Assembly (NCBI GenBank): GCA_963968645.1
Contig: CAXAHI010000002.1
Location: 1-51,125, forward strand
Direction: 5' to 3'
Origin: an uncultured Gammaproteobacteria bacterium
GTDB lineage: Bacteria; Pseudomonadota; Gammaproteobacteria; Pseudomonadales; UBA7434
Length of the DNA: 51,125 nucleotides
In this document: positions 34,553 through 43,533 of the stretch, in pieces
Position numbering within the stretch: position 1 is the stretch's first letter
Layout: the number at the start of each line of letters is the position of its first letter
Made by a program: the position numbers and the translations under genes
Notes under the pieces: model-generated
Databases searched by the model: none
Told to the model about the DNA's origin: nothing
What the model saw: only the letters and a program-made list of their open reading frames with translations

Positions 34553-36184
34553 TTGGAAATTGCAATCAGTTTTGCATTAGCGCTTTTTCTTAGCACTGCC
34601 TTAGTCCCAATGGCGATTCGCTATGCTCCAGTGTTAGGGCTACTTGATGAGCCGGATGGTGATCGAAAAATTCATGTTGATCCTATTCCGCGTTGTGGTG
34701 GCTTAGCCATTATTATTGCTGTGTTCATTCCTACTATGTTTTGGTTGAGTGATGTATCAGCATTATCGGGTTTCTTTATTGGTGCGGCAATTATTGCCTT
34801 ATCCGGTTTTGTAGATGATCGTTATGATTTAGATTATAAGTGGAAATTTGCGGGTCAGATAATAGGTGTTGCTGTTTTTCTACTAGGCAATGTCGAAATC
34901 ACTAAAACGCCTTTTTTAGGCTTGGGTAATTTAACGCCCTGGATCAGCTATTCAATAATGGCTCTGTTTATTCTAGGCGTCACTAATGCGGTTAATTTAA
35001 GTGACGGTTTAGATGGCCTTGCTGCAGGCTCAAGTTTATTGAGTTTAGGTTTTATTGGTTATCTCAGTTACGTAGCCGGTGAAATGTCATTAGCCTTAAT
35101 TGCTGGCGCTACCATGGGAGGGCTGTTAGGTTTTCTACGCTTTAATACCCATCCTGCTTCAGTATTTATGGGGGATGCAGGTAGTCAATTTTTAGGTTTT
35201 GTTGCGGCCTGCCTTGCTATCTTAGCTACTCAGTCATCGAGTTCAGCGGTGAGTCCAATACTGGCAGTAATGGTCGTTGGCCTACCTATTCTTGATACCG
35301 TGGCTGTGATGTTAATGCGGGTGCGTGATGGGCAGTCGCCATTCCATCCTGATCAGCGACACATTCATCATCAATTTTTAATGTTGGGTTTGTTACATTA
35401 TCAGTCCGTTGCGGCACTTTACATCCTTAATTTTTCATTGCTTGCCATTGCTTATTTTATGCGGTTTGAGGCTGATATATATGTACTCATTTCATATTTA
35501 CTGTTCTGTAGTACTACTTTAGGCATTATCGCTTTTTTAAAGCATTCGTCTTTTGCTCAGCGTCGTCGAGAAATACGCGCGCAGCAAACTGAGCGTCGTA
35601 ATCTTTGGTTAAGGCGTTTAGGCTGGATTCATATTCATGGCGTAGGTGTCATTCAATATTTGTTAGGCGCTATTTGGGTTAGCTTAGTTTTAGTGTGTGA
35701 CTATAGTGACCCTATATTGACGAGCATTGCATTTGCGATTGTTGCAATAACAGTATTGAGTTGGAATAAAATAAAGGAAAGTCGTTTATATATACGGTTT
35801 CTTTTATATTCTGTCAGCGTAATTTCAATATTTAGTGCCACATACCAACAAGATTTATCGGTGTTGGATTGGGGCGAAGGAAAGCTATACATTGATTTAT
35901 TAATTCTTGCCTTGGTGGTTTTTCTTGTTTTATCGATTCGTATGACTCGTCGAGAATTATTCCGTCTTGATACGCAAGATATTTTGGTATTGCTCGTTTT
36001 AGGAGCCTCTTCGGTTTTAGTTGTGGGTTTTGATAGCGGTGATCAGGTATTAAGTGCGATTATACGATTAGCCGTATTGCTCTATGCTTCTGAGTATGTG
36101 GTCGGTCGTGTAAAAGGTTTTACAACAGTAAAAATACTAACAATACTCACATTTTTGATGGTTGGTGTAACGGGTATTTTATAG
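34553..36184 (+). CDS. WecA/MraY-family polyprenyl-phosphate N-acetylhexosamine-1-phosphate transferase with a C-terminal membrane extension
   Basis: 543 aa. TTG start with GGAGG 10 nt upstream. Blocks FVDDRYDL, NAVNLSDGLDGLA and VFMGDAGSQFLGF. About 200 extra hydrophobic residues lie beyond the usual family length. Confidence 0.8.
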   Translation: MEIAISFALALFLSTALVPMAIRYAPVLGLLDEPDGDRKIHVDPIPRCGGLAIIIAVFIPTMFWLSDVSALSGFFIGAAIIALSGFVDDRYDLDYKWKFAGQIIGVAVFLLGNVEITKTPFLGLGNLTPWISYSIMALFILGVTNAVNLSDGLDGLAAGSSLLSLGFIGYLSYVAGEMSLALIAGATMGGLLGFLRFNTHPASVFMGDAGSQFLGFVAACLAILATQSSSSAVSPILAVMVVGLPILDTVAVMLMRVRDGQSPFHPDQRHIHHQFLMLGLLHYQSVAALYILNFSLLAIAYFMRFEADIYVLISYLLFCSTTLGIIAFLKHSSFAQRRREIRAQQTERRNLWLRRLGWIHIHGVGVIQYLLGAIWVSLVLVCDYSDPILTSIAFAIVAITVLSWNKIKESRLYIRFLLYSVSVISIFSATYQQDLSVLDWGEGKLYIDLLILALVVFLVLSIRMTRRELFRLDTQDILVLLVLGASSVLVVGFDSGDQVLSAIIRLAVLLYASEYVVGRVKGFTTVKILTILTFLMVGVTGIL

Positions 36185-36296
36185 TCTGTTTTTTTTGAGC
36201 AGGCAGTTAAAAAAATTATGGTTCGTGATTTTATTTTTCATGAGTATATTGGTTTATTATTTAATGATTTTAAAAAATAGAAAAGGGTTACTTAAC

Positions 36297-38696
36297 ATGC
36301 TAACGAAAAGCTTTGTTCGTATCTTATCAGCATTAATGTTGGTGGGCTTAATAGCTGCCTGCAGTAGTGGCGAAGATAGACAAGAAAAATATTTAGAGAG
36401 AGCGCAGGCTTACTTTGATGAGGGAGATATCGATAAGGCCCGTATCGAGGCGCGCAACGTATTGCAAATTAACCCTAAAAATATAGCAGCGAAACAGTTG
36501 CTAGGCGAGATTAGCTATGATGATGGCAATATAAGAAAAGCCTACGGCATGTTTTTATCGGTGCTTGATGAGAGTCCTGATAATGTTGCGGCTAATACTG
36601 CGATGGCAAAAATATATATTGCGGTAAAAGATTATGATAAAACCATCGAGCATTCTAATTCTATATTAGCTATTGAGAGTAATAATGCATTAGTCCTTGG
36701 TTATAAAGCACTTGCGCTAGCAGGCCAAGGTGATATTGCTAAGGCTGAAGAAGTCGCAGCAGAGGCCTTGTTGATTGATCCAGGCTCAACAGAAGCGCTG
36801 GGTGTTATGGTGCAAAAATATTTTAATGAAAAATCTAATGAAAAAGGTTTAGCCGTTTTAGAGCGTGGACAGTTAGCCAACCCTGATGAAGTTAGAATTA
36901 TTTCAATGAAAATTTCATTGCTTGAAAATATGGGTGACACCGAAGCAGTTGAAGCTGAGTTGATAGGATTGGCGAATAAGTTTCCTGAAGAGGCTCGCTA
37001 TACACAAACGTTGGCTAAATATTATGTGCGTGAATCTAATTTAGACGCTGCTGAAGCAGCTCTAAGAGATTTTGCTGAAACTAATGAAGATGATATATCG
37101 GCAAAGCTATCGATTATTTCTTTTTTACTACAGCAGCGATCGAAAGAGCAAGCGATTCAACAAGCTGAAACATATTTAGATCAAGATAAAGATCAGAGTA
37201 AATTTTCTGCGGCGTTAGCGCAGTTACATTTATTTACCGGTGATAAAGATTCTGCTGTTAGTGTACTTGAAGCGGCTGTTGATAGAGATCCACGAAGCGT
37301 GGGATCTATTGAGGCGAGAAATATATTGGTTAGCATTTATCTTCAGGAAGAGTCGTTTGATCAAGCGAATAACTTACTTGCAGAAGTGCTGGATATTGAA
37401 CCTGAAAATGCGGATGCCTTATTAACGAGAGCGCGATTAAGCTTGAGTGATGGTGAAATCAAAGATGGTATTTCGGATCTTCGAGTTATTCTGAAAAATG
37501 ATCCAGAGTCGATTGTTGCTATGACTTTACTGGCTGCTGCGCAAGAGTTGGAAGGCAGTGAAGGCCTGGCTTTAGATAATTATAAAAAATTAATGACGCT
37601 GCAAAAACCTGACTTGTCTGTGCTTACAAGCGCTGCACGTCTAGCGATTTCTTCTGAGCAATATCAAGAGGCCGAGAGTTATATTCGTCAGGCTTTAGAG
37701 CTTGAGGGCGATAATGCTAGCTTGGTGACAAACCTCGTTAAATTATTAGTATTAAAAGAAGATTGGGATGCGGCACGATCGTTTGCTAATCGATTGGTTG
37801 ATTCTGAAAGTTCCAGCGCCTTGGGTTATTTCTTAATGGCAGGTCTGGATACTCGTTTAGAAGATAACGATTCTGCTATTAAAAATCTTAAAGCGTCACT
37901 TAAGGCTGAGCCGAAAGGGGTGGAGTCATTGACTGGACTGTCGTCTCTTATTACTCAGCAAAGCGGTTTAGCGCCTGCAGTGGCGTTTGTTGGCGAGCAT
38001 TGCGAAAGTTATCCTGAGCAGGCCCATTGTCACCACCTTTTGGGTGGTTTACTTGCCCAATCGGGTAATTTAGATCAAGCGATTACCGAGTATGAGGCGG
38101 CGCTATCGCTGAATGATAAATTATTAATTACCTATCGTCAGCTCGCTAAAGTGTATGGCTTTCAGCGCAATAAAGAGGGTGTTATTGCTGTATTAGAGCG
38201 AGGTATTGCAGCCACTGAAGATCAAGGTCTTGCGTTTGATATGGCTAATTTTTATTATCAGATTGGCGATTTCCAGAAATCTAGCGATATTTATGTAGCG
38301 ATGATTGATACAGATGAAAATGCATTGTCTGCAAAAAATAATTTAGCGATGTTATATGCTGAGTTTTTGAATACGCCTGAGAATATTAAAAAAGCGAATG
38401 CACTTATCGCAGATCTTCAGGATTCAGAAAACCCTGCTTTCTTGGATACCGTGGGTTGGGTGCTTTATCTAACGGGCGAGTATGATAGAGCGGTTACTTA
38501 CTTGCAGGCAGCGGTTGATAAAGTCGGTAGCTCTGGTTTATTGCAATACCACTTGGGTATGGCTTTTTCTAAATTAGACGACTCTGTTAATGCGAAAATC
38601 CATCTTGAGCTTGCTGTTAAAGACGGTCGAGAAGATCCATCAAAACGTTTTTCAGGTTTTGATGTCGCATTAGCTACCTTAGAAAATATTGAGTAG
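36297..38696 (+). CDS. prsT: PEP-CTERM-system TPR-repeat lipoprotein (PrsT-like)
   Basis: About 800 aa of TPR repeats. I prefer ATG 36297, giving MLTKSFVRILSALMLVGLIAAC with a lipobox (LIAAC). The track start at 36195 adds an implausible 34 aa. Confidence 0.75.
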   Translation: MLTKSFVRILSALMLVGLIAACSSGEDRQEKYLERAQAYFDEGDIDKARIEARNVLQINPKNIAAKQLLGEISYDDGNIRKAYGMFLSVLDESPDNVAANTAMAKIYIAVKDYDKTIEHSNSILAIESNNALVLGYKALALAGQGDIAKAEEVAAEALLIDPGSTEALGVMVQKYFNEKSNEKGLAVLERGQLANPDEVRIISMKISLLENMGDTEAVEAELIGLANKFPEEARYTQTLAKYYVRESNLDAAEAALRDFAETNEDDISAKLSIISFLLQQRSKEQAIQQAETYLDQDKDQSKFSAALAQLHLFTGDKDSAVSVLEAAVDRDPRSVGSIEARNILVSIYLQEESFDQANNLLAEVLDIEPENADALLTRARLSLSDGEIKDGISDLRVILKNDPESIVAMTLLAAAQELEGSEGLALDNYKKLMTLQKPDLSVLTSAARLAISSEQYQEAESYIRQALELEGDNASLVTNLVKLLVLKEDWDAARSFANRLVDSESSSALGYFLMAGLDTRLEDNDSAIKNLKASLKAEPKGVESLTGLSSLITQQSGLAPAVAFVGEHCESYPEQAHCHHLLGGLLAQSGNLDQAITEYEAALSLNDKLLITYRQLAKVYGFQRNKEGVIAVLERGIAATEDQGLAFDMANFYYQIGDFQKSSDIYVAMIDTDENALSAKNNLAMLYAEFLNTPENIKKANALIADLQDSENPAFLDTVGWVLYLTGEYDRAVTYLQAAVDKVGSSGLLQYHLGMAFSKLDDSVNAKIHLELAVKDGREDPSKRFSGFDVALATLENIE

Positions 38697-38718
38697 AGTC
38701 TCTACAGAGTTTTAAATT

Positions 38719-39858
38719 ATGCCTTACAAGGTTTTAACCGTTTTTGGTACGCGCCCCGAAGCCATTAAAATGGCTCCTGTGGTATTGGCATTACAAGCCA
38801 GCACTGCGCTGGAGAGTCGGGTTTGTGTGACTGCGCAGCATCGCCAAATGTTAGATCAGGTTTTGGGTTTGTTTAAGATTACGCCCGATTATGATTTAGA
38901 TTTAATGCGGCCGAATCAAGATTTATACGATATTACATCGAGAATCTTACTGGGTTTGCGCGATGTACTTGATGATTATAAGCCTGATCTTGTCTTAGTG
39001 CATGGTGATACGACAACGTGTTTTGCTGCCAGCCTTGCTGCTTTTTATAAGCAAATCCCGATCGGCCATGTTGAAGCGGGTCTACGCACTGGTGATATGC
39101 AGGCTCCGTTTCCTGAAGAGGCGAATCGAAGCTTGGTTGGTCGTATAGCGCGTCTGAACTTTGCACCAACGGAATCTTCGCAAGCGAATTTACAACGTGA
39201 AAACGTGGCTAGTGATTCGATTACGGTTACCGGCAATACAGTCATTGATGCTTTGCTTTGGGTGAAGTCACGACTCGCTGAGTATGATGATACTGTTTGG
39301 CGTGAGGCGGTTACGCCCCATGTCTTTGAGCGTTTACAAGATACCGACAGAAAACTAGTTTTGATTACAGGTCATCGTCGCGAAAATTTTGGCCAAGGTT
39401 TTGTTGATCTTTGCACCGCGATTAAATTGTTAGCAGAAGCACACAGTGATTGGGAGTTTGTTTATCCCGTTCACCTTAACCCTAATGTGCAAAAACCGGT
39501 GTTCGATATTTTATCGGGGCTGGATAATGTCTCCTTAATTGATCCACAAGATTATTTACCCTTTACTTGGTTAATGAATCGCTCATCACTTATCTTAACT
39601 GACTCTGGCGGTATTCAGGAAGAGGCGCCATCATTGGGTAAGCCTGTACTGGTTATGCGCAGTGTGACTGAGCGACCAGAGGCGGTAGATGCAGGGACTG
39701 TGAGATTGGTGGGTACTGACCAACAAGCGATTGTTGAGCATGTTGAGGCGGTGATGATGGATGATGCCGTTTATCAGTCGATGTCAAAAGCGCATAACCC
39801 TTATGGAGATGGACAGGCGGCGGGTCGAATTGTCGAAGTCATTGAAGGCTTGCAATAA
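38719..39858 (+). CDS. wecB: UDP-N-acetylglucosamine 2-epimerase (non-hydrolysing)
   Basis: 379 aa. [25 protein letters not shown] and [20 protein letters not shown] blocks. Confidence 0.9.
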   Translation: MPYKVLTVFGTRPEAIKMAPVVLALQASTALESRVCVTAQHRQMLDQVLGLFKITPDYDLDLMRPNQDLYDITSRILLGLRDVLDDYKPDLVLVHGDTTTCFAASLAAFYKQIPIGHVEAGLRTGDMQAPFPEEANRSLVGRIARLNFAPTESSQANLQRENVASDSITVTGNTVIDALLWVKSRLAEYDDTVWREAVTPHVFERLQDTDRKLVLITGHRRENFGQGFVDLCTAIKLLAEAHSDWEFVYPVHLNPNVQKPVFDILSGLDNVSLIDPQDYLPFTWLMNRSSLILTDSGGIQEEAPSLGKPVLVMRSVTERPEAVDAGTVRLVGTDQQAIVEHVEAVMMDDAVYQSMSKAHNPYGDGQAAGRIVEVIEGLQ

Positions 39859-39867
39859 TATTGCAGC

Positions 39868-39902
39868 TGAGCGCTGGCGATAATCCCCAGCGCTCACTTT
39901 TT
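39868..39902. terminator. Bidirectional intrinsic terminator between convergent wecB and the BON-domain gene
   Basis: A 10-bp GC-rich stem, tgagcgctgg (39868-39877) with ccagcgctca (39887-39896), a 9-nt loop, then cttttt. Confidence 0.7.
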
Positions 39903-39982
39903 ATCTTAACTTTTCTCTTTCTATCTTAAACCCTCTCTTTCGTATCCGCTTCAATTTCGACTAAGACAAATAGTTAGCGAGG

Positions 39983-40426
39983 TTATTGATCGCTTGTAGG
40001 TATAATAATGAGCTTGCTGGTAATTTTAGAGACGCCTTTAACGCTTTGAGCAATCAGTAGCGCTCGCTCTTTTGCCGTTTGGCTAACGACATTGCCATGC
40101 AGCGTGATCTCCCCTTTATAGCTATCAACATTGATATCCCATCCTGAAATAGTCTTATCCCGTAACAATTTCTGTTTAATATCGGCAACAATACGCGTGT
40201 CGCTAGCAACCTCGGAGGCGTTACGTTCGTCTTTAGTCACCTCATAGCCTGCGACTGCAGCGCCGCCCAGTAATGCCACATGGCAGCCGCCTAAGCCCAG
40301 ACTCATAATGGCAATTAATGCTGTACGGCTAAGAAAGTGATTACGACTGTGTTTAAAAGGATGGCTGGCTTGCATCTTAATAGTACGGTTTTGGGTCAGC
40401 TTGAATAATGTTTGCAGCTTTTTCAT
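39983..40426 (-). CDS. BON-domain (OsmY-like) lipoprotein
   Basis: 147 aa. Lipobox LGLGGC and a BON-type block VDSYKGEITLHGNVVSQTAKERALLIAQSVKGVSKI. AGGAAA lies 8 nt upstream of the ATG at 40426. Confidence 0.75.
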   Translation of the reverse strand: MKKLQTLFKLTQNRTIKMQASHPFKHSRNHFLSRTALIAIMSLGLGGCHVALLGGAAVAGYEVTKDERNASEVASDTRIVADIKQKLLRDKTISGWDINVDSYKGEITLHGNVVSQTAKERALLIAQSVKGVSKITSKLIIIPTSDQ

Positions 40427-40586
40427 GCGATCGTTTCCTGTGAATCTCAGTGTCGGGCATTGCTTGAGTCGATGATGCCAGTTTAATGCCGATTAGTTTA
40501 ACGAATTAATGCACTCGGGTCGCTAGCTAGTTGCGAAACCACCATACTGTGAGAGAATAGCTGATCAAATGTTTTAGGATAAAGTC
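40427..40586. promoter_or_regulatory. Divergent promoter region (BON-domain gene / proA)
   Basis: A 160-nt gap between divergently oriented genes. No specific boxes were assigned. Confidence 0.35.
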
Positions 40587-41867
40587 GTGAATATTGATCA
40601 ATATATGCAAACCCTGGGTGAACGCGCTCGTTCTGCCAGTCGTGCCATGTCATCAGCCTCTACTGGCGATAAAAATGCGGCGTTATTGGCGATTGCTCGT
40701 CACTTAGAAGCCTCTCGTTCAGCTTTAATTAAAGCTAATGCCAGCGATCTTGCGACGGCGCAGGCCAATGGCCTTGAAGCGGCGCTACTCGATCGTCTTG
40801 AGCTCACAGATGCTCGTATCGATGGCATGTTAGAAGGCTTAGAACAGGTCGCAGCACTGGCAGACCCTATTGGTGGCCTGACTGATATGTGTTCACGACC
40901 TTCAGGCATTCAGGTTGGTAAAATGCGGGTGCCATTAGGTGTTATCGGCATTATTTATGAGTCGCGCCCAAATGTAACGGTCGAAGCGGCTAGCTTGTGT
41001 TTAAAGTCGGGTAATGCGGTGATACTGCGTGGCGGTTCTGAGGCAATACAATCTAACCAAGCAATTTCGGCCTGCATTCAGGCTGGGCTCGCTGAGGTGG
41101 GTTTGCCACAAACGGCTGTGCAAGTGGTTGAAACTACCGATAGAGAAGCTGTTGGGCAATTAATTACCATGCCCGAATTTGTTGATGTAATTGTGCCTCG
41201 TGGCGGCAAAGGCTTGATCGAGCGCATTAGTCGTGATGCTCGCGTTCCCGTCATTAAACATCTTGATGGCAATTGTCATGTCTATATTGATGACAGTGCC
41301 AATGAAGCAATGGCTATTAGCATTGCCGTCAATGCCAAAACGCAGCGTTATGGTACCTGTAATACCGCCGAGTCTTTGTTAGTTGCTAAAGATGTAGCTG
41401 AGTCGCTATTGCCGAAGTTGGCGCAAGCTTTTGAATCACACGGTGTTGAGTTGCGCGCCTGTGAAGAGTCGTTACGTATTATTAGTGGTGGCAGTGCATC
41501 AAGTAATGTTAAATTGATTGCGGCAACAGAAGACGATTGGTACGAAGAGTATTTAGCGCCAATACTGGCCGTCAAAGTCGTTGCTGATCTTGATGAGGCC
41601 ATAGAACATATTAATCATTATAGCTCTCAGCACAGTGAAACCATTGTGACTGAGCACCATCCACGTGCTATGCGATTTATTCGCGAGGTTGATTCTAGTT
41701 CGGTCATGATAAACGCTTCAACACGTTTTGCTGATGGCTTTGAATACGGCTTAGGTGCTGAAATTGGTATCTCTACCGATAAAATTCATGCACGTGGCCC
41801 GGTTGGCCTAGAAGGTCTAACTTCGCAGAAATACGTCGTGCTCGGTAGCGGACAAATACGCAGTTAA
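40587..41867 (+). CDS. proA: Gamma-glutamyl phosphate reductase
   Basis: 426 aa. Aldehyde-dehydrogenase-fold blocks [17 protein letters not shown] and [10 protein letters not shown]-terminus is similar to Pseudomonas-type ProA. Confidence 0.92.
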   Translation: MNIDQYMQTLGERARSASRAMSSASTGDKNAALLAIARHLEASRSALIKANASDLATAQANGLEAALLDRLELTDARIDGMLEGLEQVAALADPIGGLTDMCSRPSGIQVGKMRVPLGVIGIIYESRPNVTVEAASLCLKSGNAVILRGGSEAIQSNQAISACIQAGLAEVGLPQTAVQVVETTDREAVGQLITMPEFVDVIVPRGGKGLIERISRDARVPVIKHLDGNCHVYIDDSANEAMAISIAVNAKTQRYGTCNTAESLLVAKDVAESLLPKLAQAFESHGVELRACEESLRIISGGSASSNVKLIAATEDDWYEEYLAPILAVKVVADLDEAIEHINHYSSQHSETIVTEHHPRAMRFIREVDSSSVMINASTRFADGFEYGLGAEIGISTDKIHARGPVGLEGLTSQKYVVLGSGQIRS

Positions 41868-41888
41868 CATGATTAGAATCGCCTTTAT

Positions 41889-42578
41889 ATGACGCAGCGT
41901 ATTGGTATCTTTGGTGGTACTTTCGATCCTGTCCATTACGGTCATATCGCCTCGGCTAAAATGTTAGTGACTCAGCTGTCGTTGGATACGCTTTACTTTA
42001 TGCCATGCCAGCAGCATCCGTTCCATAAGCGCCCCGGGGCTAGCCCAGCGCAACGAGCTAATATGTTAGCTTTAGCTGTTGCAGATGAGGCGCAACTTCA
42101 GGTCGACGAACGCGAGCTTAGGCGTGATGGGATGTCGTATACTGTCGATAGCTTACAAGAGATTCGTCGCGAGTTCGGTAATGATGCTGTTATCGTTTTT
42201 ATTCTCGGCACTGATGCTTTTGCTTCACTGCATCAATGGGAGCGTTGGCAGTCTATATTAGACTTCGCTAATGTCGCGGTTATTGAGCGAGCGGGTCAGT
42301 TAACGACAGCGCAAATTATTGAAGCTGAGTTGAAAGCATTGTTAGCGCAATCGGTGACTACGGTTAAAGCATCGCATGGCGAGCTGGTTCAGTTAGTGTT
42401 AGAGCCTTATATTATTTCATCAACGGTGCTTAGGTCTGCATTAGCTGCGACTTATCAAGTTGATAGCAAGGTTGATAGCCAAGTTGATGAAGCGCGAATG
42501 AAAGTGATTAATGAATTTATACCGGCCTCGGTTGTGCAATATATCGAAGCTCAGCAGTTATATCAGTCAAACCATTAA
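41889..42578 (+). CDS. nadD: Nicotinate-nucleotide adenylyltransferase
   Basis: 229 aa. GIFGGTFDPVHYGH (HxGH motif) and ISST near the C-terminus. Sits between proA and rsfS. Confidence 0.85.
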   Translation: MTQRIGIFGGTFDPVHYGHIASAKMLVTQLSLDTLYFMPCQQHPFHKRPGASPAQRANMLALAVADEAQLQVDERELRRDGMSYTVDSLQEIRREFGNDAVIVFILGTDAFASLHQWERWQSILDFANVAVIERAGQLTTAQIIEAELKALLAQSVTTVKASHGELVQLVLEPYIISSTVLRSALAATYQVDSKVDSQVDEARMKVINEFIPASVVQYIEAQQLYQSNH

Positions 42579-42604
42579 ACGATTCAATTTATTGAAATTT
42601 ATTC

Positions 42605-42973
42605 TTGTCAGGAGTTAGTGAAAGCCTAGTGAAAAATGCAAACGCGAGAAACGAAGAATTAAAAAACACCATCATTGCCGCATTAGAAGATTTAAAAGCG
42701 GTCGATATTACGGTCATATCAGTCGCAGATTCGTCTAGCGTTACCGATTGGATGGTTATTGCTACTGGAACGTCTAACCGCCATGTTAAGGCGTTAGCGA
42801 GCAATGTTGAAGTCGATGGTAAAAAATATGGCTTCAAAACCATAGGCAGTGAAGGAAATGAAACTGCTGAATGGGTGTTGGTCGATTTTGGTGATGTTAT
42901 TGTGCATGTTATGTTGCCGACAACCCGCGCCTTTTATGATTTAGAAAGCCTGTGGACATTAAAACCCGCTTAA
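42605..42973 (+). CDS. rsfS: Ribosome silencing factor RsfS
   Basis: LEDLKAVDITVI...TDWMVIATGTSNRHV...WVLVDFGDVIVHVM matches RsfS/IojAP. The start is uncertain (TTG 42605 or GTG 42629). Confidence 0.85.
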   Translation: MSGVSESLVKNANARNEELKNTIIAALEDLKAVDITVISVADSSSVTDWMVIATGTSNRHVKALASNVEVDGKKYGFKTIGSEGNETAEWVLVDFGDVIVHVMLPTTRAFYDLESLWTLKPA

Positions 42974-43023
42974 GCAATTAATAGGCTAGCATTCGACGTT
43001 GCTATATATAACTGTACACAACT

Positions 43024-43527
43024 ATGCAAATTAGTATTATCGCCATAGGCAATAAAATGCCCGCTTGGGTAGTGGAGAATTGCGCCGACTACTTGCGTCG
43101 AATGCCGTCTGAGTTATCCGTCAATCTTATCGAAGTGCCTGCCGAGAAGCGCAGTAAAAACCAATCAGTCGAAGCGATTCGTCGCCGTGAAACGCAGCGT
43201 TTATTACAAGCGGTGCCGCTGGCTAATACTATTGTGGCTCTGGATGAGCGAGGCCAATCGGTAACAACCGATGGTTTGTCGAAGAAAATGGATCATTGGC
43301 AAATGGAAGGGCGCGATGTCAGTTTTCTTATTGGCGGCCCCGATGGTCTCGACTTCTCTGTTGCGGCATTAGAAAAACCCAATTCAACAAAAACTCGTCA
43401 TTGGCCAGATTGGCGTTGGTCACTCTCAGGTCTCACATTTACTCATCCCATGGTAAGAGTTATCTTGGCTGAACAGCTGTACCGCGCGTGGAGCATTAGC
43501 GTCGGTCATCCTTATCACCGAGATTAA
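43024..43527 (+). CDS. rlmH: 23S rRNA (pseudouridine1915-N3)-methyltransferase RlmH
   Basis: 167 aa with SPOUT-family blocks LIGGPDGL and LYRAWSISVGHPYHRD. Carries a ~12-aa insertion relative to E. coli RlmH. Confidence 0.9.
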   Translation: MQISIIAIGNKMPAWVVENCADYLRRMPSELSVNLIEVPAEKRSKNQSVEAIRRRETQRLLQAVPLANTIVALDERGQSVTTDGLSKKMDHWQMEGRDVSFLIGGPDGLDFSVAALEKPNSTKTRHWPDWRWSLSGLTFTHPMVRVILAEQLYRAWSISVGHPYHRD

Positions 43528-43533
43528 TTAATC

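Noticed and set aside
36195-36296. N-terminal extensions in the ORF track: 36195 for the TPR lipoprotein, 31505 for the GT4, 29844 for the heparinase-like gene and 27678 for the bi-domain oxidoreductase.
   Set aside because: Internal starts give family-typical N-termini (lipobox signal peptide, MKILFLSHYFPPE, MKQILQ). The extensions overlap upstream genes or add implausible sequence.
6896-39858. The EPS locus as a mobile genomic island.
   Set aside because: No integrase, transposase, IS element, tRNA gene or flanking direct repeats are visible. Only the internal AT-rich block hints at past exchange.
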